This document shows, in pieces, positions 17,306-25,642 of a stretch of 64,000 bases of DNA. Both the position numbers and the translations under genes were made by a program. Source of the stretch: Candidatus Methanoperedenaceae archaeon GB37 (GTDB taxonomy: Archaea; Halobacteriota; Methanosarcinia; Methanosarcinales; EX4572-44); assembly GCA_905171695.1 (NCBI GenBank), contig LR991653.1, positions 1,338,150-1,402,149 on the forward strand. The letters are read 5' to 3'. Within the stretch, counting starts at the first letter, position 1; each line of letters opens with the position of its first letter. Below the pieces are notes generated by a model. The model made no database searches and was not told where the DNA came from. It saw nothing but the letters and a program-made list of their open reading frames with translations.

Positions 17306-17391
17306 CGGGACGCGTCCATATAAAGCCGCGTAAATCTAAAAAACCGCTAACTGGCTTAGAGGGAAAATATACAAAGTGGACACATCCGCCC
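17306..17391. mobile_element. Miniature (about 86 bp) derivative of the IS6-like element (MITE-like)
   Basis: GGGACGCGTCCA (17307-17318) matches the IS left terminus GGGACCCGTCCA 11/12. GTGGACACATCCGCCC (17376-17391) matches the right terminus GTGGACACGTCCCC. Only about 57 bp lie between them and there is no ORF. Confidence 0.55.
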
Positions 17392-17437
17392 TACGTAATG
17401 ATAAAAAATAAAAGGTGGTATTGTATTAGATGAAAAC

Positions 17438-18523
17438 ATGGAAATTAAAATTAAGGCACTTACGCCCATCTGGACTGGTGGAGTGGAAGGCAAACCAGAC
17501 AGATTGCATACGACAAGCATCATTGGCAGCATGCGTTGGTGGTACGAGGTCGTTGTTAGGGGCCTTGGAGGGTATGCGTGTGATCCGTCGAGCGAAAAGA
17601 GATGTGAATTGTCGGGTAAGGAAAAGACACGTGAGGAAAGGCTTGCTAAGTTGTGCCCGGCATGTTATCTGTTTGGATGTGGGGGATGGAAAAGAAGATT
17701 TCGGTTAGAGGTTCAGAGTAATACCTCTGTTCCTTTTCAATTGGCCACTTTGGAAAGTAAGAACAAATTCAATCACTGGTGGCTTTCGCAGATTTTTGAA
17801 GATTCGCGAGGAACGAATTTACCATTTGGAGAGATATCATTGTCTTTAAATGGGGATGATGACGTGATTGATCAGGTTAAAGCTCTACTCTCTATCATGG
17901 TAAATATTGGTGGAATCGGTGCAAAAACTCAATATGGGTATGGTCAATTCGATTGGGACGATAAAATAGAATTAAAAAATGCGATTAACACAATTCGCCA
18001 GTTCTTATCAGGAAATATTTTTAAAAGCGGTTCAAACAAAGATAAATGGTATTCACTGACTAATTTTTGGTATTACAAATTGTCCATAACGTCTGACAAT
18101 GGGTTGGTGAACAAATTTAAAAATGCAAACTTGATTGGCAATGGAAATATGCCCTCGGATTATTTGCCTGTTTCGTTCGACATTCGCTATAAAATGCCAA
18201 GTTCTGGGGATGGTACTGGATTAAGGAGTGCATATTATTCATTTTGTAGGCATTCCATGTCAAAAGAAGACGCAAAACAAAAAACAAGATCATTATTTGG
18301 AACACTTGAAAATGATAAAATCGGAAGCAGGATTTTTGTAAGTCATCTTTTCAGGAGGAGAAACATTGATAATAATCATCATCTGAAAGTTTGGGGATTT
18401 ACTGACGATTCGGTTGGAAAAGTTGTTGGTGATGAATTAAAGAACATTTTTGGATTGGATAAACCCCCTTCTATAGTAACTGGAAAAGAGCTTATCAACT
18501 ACTCAAGGGGTGAAGTCCAATGA
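17438..18523 (+). CDS. cmr1: Type III RAMP protein, Cmr1-like (Cas7 group)
   Basis: 361 aa with IKALTPIWTGGVEGKPDRLHTTSIIGSMRWWYEVVVRGLGG, a Cys cluster ending CPACYLFGCGGW, and the Gly-rich GGIGAKTQYGYGQF. Confidence 0.75.
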   Translation: MEIKIKALTPIWTGGVEGKPDRLHTTSIIGSMRWWYEVVVRGLGGYACDPSSEKRCELSGKEKTREERLAKLCPACYLFGCGGWKRRFRLEVQSNTSVPFQLATLESKNKFNHWWLSQIFEDSRGTNLPFGEISLSLNGDDDVIDQVKALLSIMVNIGGIGAKTQYGYGQFDWDDKIELKNAINTIRQFLSGNIFKSGSNKDKWYSLTNFWYYKLSITSDNGLVNKFKNANLIGNGNMPSDYLPVSFDIRYKMPSSGDGTGLRSAYYSFCRHSMSKEDAKQKTRSLFGTLENDKIGSRIFVSHLFRRRNIDNNHHLKVWGFTDDSVGKVVGDELKNIFGLDKPPSIVTGKELINYSRGEVQ

Positions 18524-19767
18524 ATTATGATTATTGCTCGCATCTCACGAAGGAACAAAACCAAACCATTGAAAAAATATTGCGTCTAGAAAATGAAATA
18601 AAACAGGATAAACAGATAAAACAACAAAAAGAAACCGAAGTCGGAAGGCTACGAAAAGAATTATTATCACAAAACCCGCATTTGTTCTATCACGTTATAG
18701 CAGTGTTGAATAATTCATTAAAAGATAATTTACGCTCCACATGGCAAACGGGAAATATCAATATAAAATTGAACAATTACCATATCGATGAAATTATATC
18801 TCCATCAATCAACATATCCGTACTTCCAAAATACTCTTTTCTAATCCAATTCAAATTTACACTCGAAAAACCTTATATCTCACGTGATGAACAGGATTTT
18901 TACATCATAGACAATCCTATCCGCAAAGACAGGGTCTTTGGTCTTCCCTATATTACTCCCTCCTCATGGAAGGGAAGCCTACGGGCCGCACTGTGGCAAA
19001 ATGGACATAAAGAAGACGATGTCCAGATCAATCGAATATTTGGAAATAAACGAGGGATAGAAGAGCATACTGAACTCAAAGCCGGGCGATTGCATCTGTT
19101 TCCCACATTCTTTGATAGAATCGGTCTTGAGATAATAAATCCTCATAACAGGGAGAGACGGATTGTTGAGTATCCGATTCGTATCGAGGCCGTTCCGGGT
19201 GGTACATCGGGTATATTCACCCTTTTATATGTTCCATTCGATTTGATTGGGAAGAATGAAAAGGAGTTTAATAATCAGATCTCAAAAGATGTATGGATAA
19301 TTGCGCAGGGATTGAAAGCAATGTTCAGAGATTATGGCTTCGGTGCAAAGACTTCCAGTGGATTCGGTATTGCAAAACCAGAATTTACCGAAGGAAAACT
19401 CGTTCTGAAGGTCGAGGGCATAGACATCAACCAAAAAGAGGAGGCGACCATCCAAGAACCGGAGGACGGGTTTAAAAAATATCTTAATAGCGATGGGATT
19501 GTGAAAGAGGAGTTTAAAGGGAGTGGCGACGCTGGCCTTCTCAGCAACAATGAGTATAGCGAAACGGGTGAAAAATACGGCGGCGGCAGTCTTACCGAGT
19601 TCAAAAAGTTCAGGCGATGGTATGGCCGTTATGGTGAGAAATGGCAACAACAGTTAAAGAATTCTCATGCCGAATGGCCTATCTGGTGGTTTGAAAGCTT
19701 TGACGAGCTGGTGAATGTTGCGACGGAAATAAAAGAATCACTACTTTCCAAGGAGGCTGCGCGATGA
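18520..19767 (+). CDS. cmr6: Type III RAMP protein, Cmr6-like (Cas7 group) with N- and C-terminal extensions
   Basis: 415 aa with FGLPYITPSSWKGSLRAALW...INRIFG and the G-rich loop YGFGAKTSSGFG. It overlaps its neighbours by 4 nt at both ends (operon coupling). Confidence 0.7.
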   Translation: MNYDYCSHLTKEQNQTIEKILRLENEIKQDKQIKQQKETEVGRLRKELLSQNPHLFYHVIAVLNNSLKDNLRSTWQTGNINIKLNNYHIDEIISPSINISVLPKYSFLIQFKFTLEKPYISRDEQDFYIIDNPIRKDRVFGLPYITPSSWKGSLRAALWQNGHKEDDVQINRIFGNKRGIEEHTELKAGRLHLFPTFFDRIGLEIINPHNRERRIVEYPIRIEAVPGGTSGIFTLLYVPFDLIGKNEKEFNNQISKDVWIIAQGLKAMFRDYGFGAKTSSGFGIAKPEFTEGKLVLKVEGIDINQKEEATIQEPEDGFKKYLNSDGIVKEEFKGSGDAGLLSNNEYSETGEKYGGGSLTEFKKFRRWYGRYGEKWQQQLKNSHAEWPIWWFESFDELVNVATEIKESLLSKEAAR

Positions 19768-22451
19768 CTCCTGACCTTTCAGTTCTGAAGGAAAATAAGG
19801 AAGTCCTCCTCGCAGAGATGGCCGCCTGGCTGCATGATATGGGGAAGTGTAGCGATGAGATGATAGAAAAACAGGCTTTGGATTGTCCATCATCACCCAC
19901 ATTTCAATCCAATAGTGCATATAAAACCGCTTTTTCTTATCTACTGAATGGTAATAATCATAATATTAATTTGTTAGGCGAAACAGTAACCTTTAAAGAC
20001 CTCGTTGAAAAGGGGATGCCTAGGGCAATAAAGGATAGTAGTATTCAATTATCGCTAATTAAATACTTGGGTCGGTGTCATGCTGCTGCGCACATCGAAA
20101 AAGAAGGACAAGCAGATAAAAAGCAGACGGTGAATGATACAAGATTGAGTTCTCCCTTTGGAAATGAAACGGAAGTATTAGTACGTCTTACAGATAAGTT
20201 GAAAGCTTTGCCCTTTGATAAAATAGTCAACAGGGAGGAATTCCTGCCTATTTTGAAAGAAACATTCAAAAACGCACCTGGAGACACGGAAAGACCAATA
20301 AACGAGGTTGATCTGTGGAGCTGGTCCAGCATAGTCGCTGCTCTTTACAAATCTGCACTGGCAGGGGCACTTCTTGGTAACAAACCCAAACCAAATGATT
20401 TGAAGTGGCGGTTGTTGGCCATAAGAATTGATTCCGATAGGATTCTTGGCGATGTGGCGAAGATTCCAGTATTGCTTGCCAGAAAGAAATGGATTACCGA
20501 AGGGTTAGATAATGTTAAAGAACTGATTGAAGAAGAATATCCTCTTGGAAACGAGGTTTACAGGGATGAGAGCGGAAGTATTTTCGTTGTGCCGGACATC
20601 CCGAGTCTATTGAAACTTAAAGAAAATGCGGATAGTTCTGAAAAGACCTTGGAAGATTTAATCTCCAAAAAGTTAGGATTTGAAGGAGAGATTGTTGTAA
20701 CGCCTTCGTTATCTGAACACTGGTGGGGTCAGAATCCTAGTGGAAGACCTGATCCTACGAAAGATAAGATCCCACCGATTGGAGAGATCTTTCAGGAAAA
20801 ACCATATTCACCACCGGACCCAGAAAAGGTTAAGGAATGGTGGCGGGATGTGGACAATACAGAGATTTGCACGATTTCCTGGCTGAGACCTCAGGGAAAA
20901 AAAGAAGGAGCTTTGAGAAAATCTTCAGATTACTGGGCAAAAAAGGTTCGGGGACGATCTGAAGAATGGTATAAGGACAGGAGCAAAACTATATGGATAG
21001 ATGAGGTGGCAGATAAAAACGGCAGAATATGTCTCATCACCGGCAAACTGGACATATCAGGATGGTTAAAACCTAACGGTCATGTGAGGACCCTGCTTGT
21101 TAAGGCTCCAGATGGTAATTCCAGTCAAGTCATTCAGAAAACCCCTTCATTCGCTCGCCTCAGACGTGTCTGGGAAACAACAAAGACGTTCTGGGAGGAA
21201 GTCGAAGAAGATTTTGAGAAAACTGTCGGCAGGGTAGAAAAAAGATTGGTTATTACTGGCTCTGTAGATGATCTATCCAAAAATAAGCTTTTTAAAAACA
21301 ATGTGTATGAGATAGATATCGAAAAAACAAGGGTAAGTGTTTTCTATTCTGGAAATGGTCGGTTTATTGTCGTTGAAAATCTTGAACGATTGGCCCGTAA
21401 GATGGGTTATTCAAAGAACGATGATGACTATTTAGTGTACATTCAACAAGAATTAAACGATAAAGAAGTCAGAATATATAATCCAGACGGTAATAATAGA
21501 AATAAGCACATTGTACTAATAAAAATGTTGAGGGTCGAGCCGATAGAGGATAATTTCATTCCTGTGATCCCTATCTTCTCTGAGCCCAGTCTATTCATGG
21601 CAATCGTACCTGCCAACAAGGCTATGGACATCGTAAAAAACATCAATAAAAAATATGAAATAGAAATGGATAAAGTACGAAACCGTCTCCCTCTTAATAT
21701 CGGATTGACCTTTGCCAGATCTCATACGCCGATAATGGCTTTAATGGAGTCGGGGTGGAAGATGATAAACGCATCTCTAAAGGAGGAAATCAGGATACTC
21801 AATGCAGACTCTGAAAAATGCGATGATAAATATATCTTAAATTTCGAGAACGGGATAACCTGGCGTGTTCAGGGGAAAATGGGGGATGGAATAACAGAAG
21901 ATGTTTGGTATCCGTATTTTTATGTGGATGGAAATCCGAACGATAGAAATATGGTTTTTAAAGGTCCGAAGGGGTGGCTAGTGCATGTATCAGAATTAAA
22001 AAAAGGGGATGCCGTCAAAATCACACCTTCCTCTTTTGATTTCGAGTTTCTGGATTCTGCATCCCGGAGGTTTGAGATATCTTATGATGAAACTGGAAAA
22101 CGGCGTGATAATACAAAATCTAACCGTCCATATTTGATTGATAAATTTGATGACTTCGAGCGTATCTGGAAAGAGATGACAAATAATTTAGCAGCCACTC
22201 AAATAAAGAACGTCATAGGCCTTATTGAAACCAAACGGGAGGAATGGAATGTTTCCAGAGATGATGAAACATTCAAACAATTCGTCAATGATGTTCTCCG
22301 CAATGCCAACTGGAAGCATGGCACCCCTCAAAACCTCGATGAGATCACAAACATAGCAGTAAGTGGAGAGTTAAAAGATATTATCGAACTTTACATGAAT
22401 ATACTGAAGGCAAAAGGAGATTATATGAACGATACAGAGGTGAATACATGA
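19764..22451 (+). CDS. cas10: Cas10 large subunit with N-terminal HD domain and no GGDD cyclase motif
   Basis: 895 aa with HD motif AAWLHDMGK at residues 20-28. The conserved post-palm segment is RLPLNIGLTFARSHTPI. Where GGDD is expected about 40 aa upstream, the sequence reads SEPSLFMAIVPA. No GGDD occurs anywhere in the protein. Confidence 0.8.
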   Translation: MTPDLSVLKENKEVLLAEMAAWLHDMGKCSDEMIEKQALDCPSSPTFQSNSAYKTAFSYLLNGNNHNINLLGETVTFKDLVEKGMPRAIKDSSIQLSLIKYLGRCHAAAHIEKEGQADKKQTVNDTRLSSPFGNETEVLVRLTDKLKALPFDKIVNREEFLPILKETFKNAPGDTERPINEVDLWSWSSIVAALYKSALAGALLGNKPKPNDLKWRLLAIRIDSDRILGDVAKIPVLLARKKWITEGLDNVKELIEEEYPLGNEVYRDESGSIFVVPDIPSLLKLKENADSSEKTLEDLISKKLGFEGEIVVTPSLSEHWWGQNPSGRPDPTKDKIPPIGEIFQEKPYSPPDPEKVKEWWRDVDNTEICTISWLRPQGKKEGALRKSSDYWAKKVRGRSEEWYKDRSKTIWIDEVADKNGRICLITGKLDISGWLKPNGHVRTLLVKAPDGNSSQVIQKTPSFARLRRVWETTKTFWEEVEEDFEKTVGRVEKRLVITGSVDDLSKNKLFKNNVYEIDIEKTRVSVFYSGNGRFIVVENLERLARKMGYSKNDDDYLVYIQQELNDKEVRIYNPDGNNRNKHIVLIKMLRVEPIEDNFIPVIPIFSEPSLFMAIVPANKAMDIVKNINKKYEIEMDKVRNRLPLNIGLTFARSHTPIMALMESGWKMINASLKEEIRILNADSEKCDDKYILNFENGITWRVQGKMGDGITEDVWYPYFYVDGNPNDRNMVFKGPKGWLVHVSELKKGDAVKITPSSFDFEFLDSASRRFEISYDETGKRRDNTKSNRPYLIDKFDDFERIWKEMTNNLAATQIKNVIGLIETKREEWNVSRDDETFKQFVNDVLRNANWKHGTPQNLDEITNIAVSGELKDIIELYMNILKAKGDYMNDTEVNT

Positions 22452-23407
22452 ACAGTGAAAAGAAAAAGCTGTACACCCACCAGCGGTTTGTAATGTTCGC
22501 TCTTGACCCGATTCATATTGGGGCTGGTGGATACCGTCTTGGTCGGGTTGACAACAGTATTGTAAGAGAAATGGGGACGAATTTACCGAAGATTCCGGGT
22601 ACAAGCCTTGCAGGTGCCGCGCGAAGTTATGCTTCGATGAGATATGGGAAGCCTGAAGCCGCAGGCCAGCATAAACGGTTTATAGGTGAAAAAGAGAAGT
22701 GCCCGATAATCTACACCTTTGGAACCGCAACGGAAACCGGTGGTGAGGCAGGCAAGGTCAGCTTTGGAGATGCAAGGATTTTATTCTTCCCGGTGCCTTC
22801 AGTGGCGGGTCCTGTATGGGTCACCACAAAGGAGATTCTTGAGGAAGTTGGGTTCACCGTTAATGGTGGCGATGTCGGTGAGGAAACTGTGCTGTCCAAT
22901 CTTTCCTGGAGTAAAGAGCAAATAAACCTCGGCTGGTTATCGTTGAATCATAACTGGGGCTTAACCATTTCTCCACCCGAAGAAATCAAAGACAAAAAGG
23001 GATGGAAAGCAATAGAAAACAGGATTGTCCTCATTTCTCAGAAATTGTTTTCAGAGGTTGTCAACAGCAATTTGGAGGTGCGAACATCGGTTGCCATAAA
23101 CCCCGAGACCGGAGCTGCTGAAGACGGTGCCCTGTTCACATATGAAGCATTACCTCGAGCTACCTGGTTATGGCATGATATCATCGAGGATGATTACAAA
23201 CAAAGTTTCCCGAAAACGGAAAATCAATTCAAAGATAACAAGGAAAACAGTGGGGATGCTCTCGGGGAGATATGGGAGCGACCGTTGGATGTTGTGAAAG
23301 CCGGTTTAAGATTAATCGAATACCTTGGAATCGGTGGCATGGGGACACGCGGTTTTGGGAGGATGAAAAACATCTGTGATTGGGAGGTTGGCAGTAATGA
23401 ATCTTGA
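22448..23407 (+). CDS. cmr4: Cmr4-like Cas7 backbone subunit
   Basis: 319 aa with ALDPIHIGAGGYRLGRVDNSIVRE...LPKIPGTSLAGAARSYA and the C-terminal GIGGMGTRGFGRM glycine-rich loop. Confidence 0.8.
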   Translation: MNSEKKKLYTHQRFVMFALDPIHIGAGGYRLGRVDNSIVREMGTNLPKIPGTSLAGAARSYASMRYGKPEAAGQHKRFIGEKEKCPIIYTFGTATETGGEAGKVSFGDARILFFPVPSVAGPVWVTTKEILEEVGFTVNGGDVGEETVLSNLSWSKEQINLGWLSLNHNWGLTISPPEEIKDKKGWKAIENRIVLISQKLFSEVVNSNLEVRTSVAINPETGAAEDGALFTYEALPRATWLWHDIIEDDYKQSFPKTENQFKDNKENSGDALGEIWERPLDVVKAGLRLIEYLGIGGMGTRGFGRMKNICDWEVGSNES

Positions 23408-23762
23408 CCTTGAAGCTACGAGAACCTCCCAGGAAATAATAACGAAGACGGGAGGAAATAGATCCAGTGAGGTTGAAAACCTGATTACTAAGACGCTAGG
23501 GGTTCTTCAGGAGAACGGCATTTATGCATGCACACTCTATCTGAACTCCAGAACGAGTGAAGCGGAGAAGAAGATTGGCCCTGTCATCCACGAGGAACTT
23601 CTTAAAATGACGAAACGACTTGTTAAGACACCAATAAAAAACGATGATTACGAATATCTTACGGACGAAATCTGTTCAGACATTGACCTACTTATACTAA
23701 CAAAACAGCTCTGGGAGCAGACATTGACCTATGCTAGATACGGGGCGAAAGCAAGGACGTGA
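23397..23762 (+). CDS. cmr5: Cmr5-like small subunit (Cas11)
   Basis: About 121 aa and predicted helical (..VENLITKTLGVLQENGIYACTLYLNSR..). It lies between cmr4 and cmr3. The ATG at 23397 overlaps the cmr4 stop region; the track ORF starts at 23376. Confidence 0.6.
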   Translation: MNLDLEATRTSQEIITKTGGNRSSEVENLITKTLGVLQENGIYACTLYLNSRTSEAEKKIGPVIHEELLKMTKRLVKTPIKNDDYEYLTDEICSDIDLLILTKQLWEQTLTYARYGAKART

Positions 23763-23766
23763 TATT

Positions 23767-24660
23767 ATGACATGGACCCCCTATCTTGTAAGTTTCAAAT
23801 TGCGCTCACCAGTTCATATCGGATGGAAAAAAATTGGAAACTTGCAAGTAACACGCCCTTACATTACCGGAAAAACATTATGGGGTGCGCTGACAGCAAG
23901 ACTTGTTAGAGATGAAGGGAATAGCAATTATAGTGAGATTGGAAAACAAGTAGATGATGAATTACGCTTCACTTACTTTTATCCATCAACTAGTCCAGAT
24001 AAGGTCAATCTATGGCCATGGGATAAAAAGAACGAGTTTGCCTGGAAATTTCTGGGTAGTTATATCAGTACTGCAATAGAAGGCGATACCGCCGAGGAAG
24101 GGAGCCTCCATGAGGTTGAGTATATATCCCCAACAACTCGTGATGGAAACCCGGTCTTTCTTGTTGGGTATGTGATTGAAAAGAAGGATTGCCACTTGAA
24201 ATGGAAGGAAGCTTTAAAGCGGATTCAAATTGGCGGTGAGAGAGGATATGGATGGGGACGAACTGAGTTATTGAGCGATCCCAAACCAGTAGAAGAGTGC
24301 TTTGGTTATAGAATCGATAATTCCGAGATTTCTCCAATGATTTCTATTCCCAAAGATAATGTGATTCTTGCACATGCAAAAACCGATTTCCTAAAATGCA
24401 TAGGATATATTGAACCATTTCTGGGGAGAGAAACAAATGATTCGGATGGCGTTGGTGGAAAAATACCGCACCCTATAGGTGGAAAAATACCGCACCCTAT
24501 AGGTGGAAAAATACCGCACCCTATAGGTGGAAAAATACCGCACCCTATAACATGTTACACACCAGGGAGTAAAGTTGTGGCCGATACAACATTCGTTATT
24601 CAACCGAAAGGAGTATGGGAAAAAACGAGGTGCAATAGTTCGGGAGGTTCCAATCCATGA
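23767..24660 (+). CDS. cmr3: Cas5-group RAMP (Cmr3/Csx10-like) with an internal tandem octapeptide repeat
   Basis: MTWTPYLVSFKLRSPVHIGWKKIGNLQVTRPYITGKTLWGALTARLVR..., IGGERGYGWGR glycine-rich loop, then (GGKIPHPI)x4. It is the last gene of the operon. Confidence 0.65.
   Translation: MTWTPYLVSFKLRSPVHIGWKKIGNLQVTRPYITGKTLWGALTARLVRDEGNSNYSEIGKQVDDELRFTYFYPSTSPDKVNLWPWDKKNEFAWKFLGSYISTAIEGDTAEEGSLHEVEYISPTTRDGNPVFLVGYVIEKKDCHLKWKEALKRIQIGGERGYGWGRTELLSDPKPVEECFGYRIDNSEISPMISIPKDNVILAHAKTDFLKCIGYIEPFLGRETNDSDGVGGKIPHPIGGKIPHPIGGKIPHPIGGKIPHPITCYTPGSKVVADTTFVIQPKGVWEKTRCNSSGGSNP
24454..24549 (+). repeat. Perfect 4 x 24-bp in-frame tandem repeat (GGTGGAAAAATACCGCACCCTATA)
   Basis: Read directly: units at 24454-24477, 24478-24501, 24502-24525 and 24526-24549, with no mismatch. 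Each unit encodes GGKIPHPI. Confidence 0.97.
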
Positions 24661-24803
24661 CTCTGCGGACACTCCGTGTCCTTGCCTCGCCTTCGGCTCG
24701 GTCATATAACATGCGGGTATGCGGTTCGGGCTTACGCCCTCACCCAAATTGCTCCGCTCCCGTTGGTCGCTACGCAACTTCGCATACCCGCAAACCGTTA
24801 TAC
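24661..24803 (+). repeat. Long-form attC-like structured repeat (E1) immediately 3' of the type III-C operon
   Basis: CTCTGCGGACACTCCGTGTCCTTGCCTCGCCTTCGGCTCG-GTCATATAAC-AT-GCGGGTATGCG-(58 nt incl. CACCCAAATTGC)-CGCATACCCGC-AAACC-GTTATAC. It has the same architecture and conserved blocks as 14323-14408(-), but the 11-bp stems carry different, mutually compensating sequences. Confidence 0.8.
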
Positions 24804-24824
24804 CAACAATAAGTTTACAGAACC

Positions 24825-24852
24825 CCCAATCCCCATCTTCTTATATGGGTGG
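24825..24852 (+). repeat. Right copy of the direct repeat bracketing the type III-C island
   Basis: CCCAATCCCCATCTTC (24825-24840), TTATA, TGGGTGG (24846-24852). Compare 17265-17302. Confidence 0.8.
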
Positions 24853-24943
24853 TGTGTCTCGATATCTCTTTTATTGGTCTCATAGTTTATGTACCAAAAC
24901 AGATATACTATGATTGTCATCCAGCCGTCTTGTATTCGATTGT

Positions 24944-25049
24944 GCGAGGGTAACCAAGTCGGCCAAAGGTGCAGGACTTAAGTGGTACTGGTGGTATCGG
25001 AGTTATCCTGTCTCGAAGGAGTTCATGGGTTCAAATCCCATCCCTCGCA
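24944..25049 (+). tRNA. tRNA-Leu (anticodon UAA) with a 22-nt intron after position 37
   Basis: Acceptor GCGAGGG/CCCTCGC; anticodon stem CAGGA (24972-24976)/TCCTG (25006-25010); loop CTTAAG + intron TGGTACTGGTGGTATCGGAGTT (24983-25004) + A; long variable arm; T arm ATGGG-TTCAAAT-CCCAT. No CCA is encoded. Confidence 0.8.
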
Positions 25050-25094
25050 TCAAAAACAGAAAATTTTCTGAATTGTGATGGATGTGGTCTCTTG

Positions 25095-25634
25095 ATGGTT
25101 GACGATGATACTCTCTTTGGCGAGGTTGTTCGGGTGGATGGTGTGAATGTGTATCTTGTGAGGTCGGTCTCTCGGTCTTCTCGTGAGCTTGGTGTTGGCG
25201 AGTTCGTGGGAGTTGAGTGTGGAGGGGATGTTGTGGTCTCTGTTCTCACTGGCGTGGAACGGTCGATACCTGAGGATGTGGTATCGATGATCTCTCTTGA
25301 GATGGAGTCGAAGTATCTCCCTTACAGTTCTGAGCTGGATAGTAGCTATTATCGTCTCTTTGGGCTTGGGCTTCTCTCCCGGAGTGGTGTTCAGCATGGT
25401 CTTCGTGTGGCTCCGCGGCTTCGCAGCAGGGTGTGGCGATTGGATGATGATACGATCAGGAAGTTTCACCTACCTCATGGTCGTGCTAACATCTCTTACT
25501 TCAATCGGTATCGTGAAGCACTCGGGGATGATCTCCTGCTTGCGATCGTTGATGAGCTCTGGGCTCTTCTGCCAGAGGCTCGGAGGATGCTTGCGCCGGT
25601 CAGGAAGTACCTTAAGGGTGGTGGTGCACTCTGA
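25095..25634 (+). CDS. Hypothetical protein resembling a stand-alone HerA-type N-terminal barrel domain
   Basis: From the internal Met (the track ORF start at 24969 lies inside the tRNA). FGEVVRVDGVNVYLV...GEFVGVECGGDVVVSVLTGVER parallels the N-terminal region of the downstream ATPase. Confidence 0.4.
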   Translation: MVDDDTLFGEVVRVDGVNVYLVRSVSRSSRELGVGEFVGVECGGDVVVSVLTGVERSIPEDVVSMISLEMESKYLPYSSELDSSYYRLFGLGLLSRSGVQHGLRVAPRLRSRVWRLDDDTIRKFHLPHGRANISYFNRYREALGDDLLLAIVDELWALLPEARRMLAPVRKYLKGGGAL

Positions 25635-25642
25635 GCGGGTGT

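Noticed and set aside
24454-24549. The 24-bp x4 repeat as a mini CRISPR array.
   Set aside because: The units are contiguous with no spacers, in frame, and inside a coding region. It is a coding tandem repeat.
24969-25094. The start of the 221-aa track ORF at 24969.
   Set aside because: This segment is the tRNA-Leu gene body. The protein more plausibly starts at the Met at 25095.
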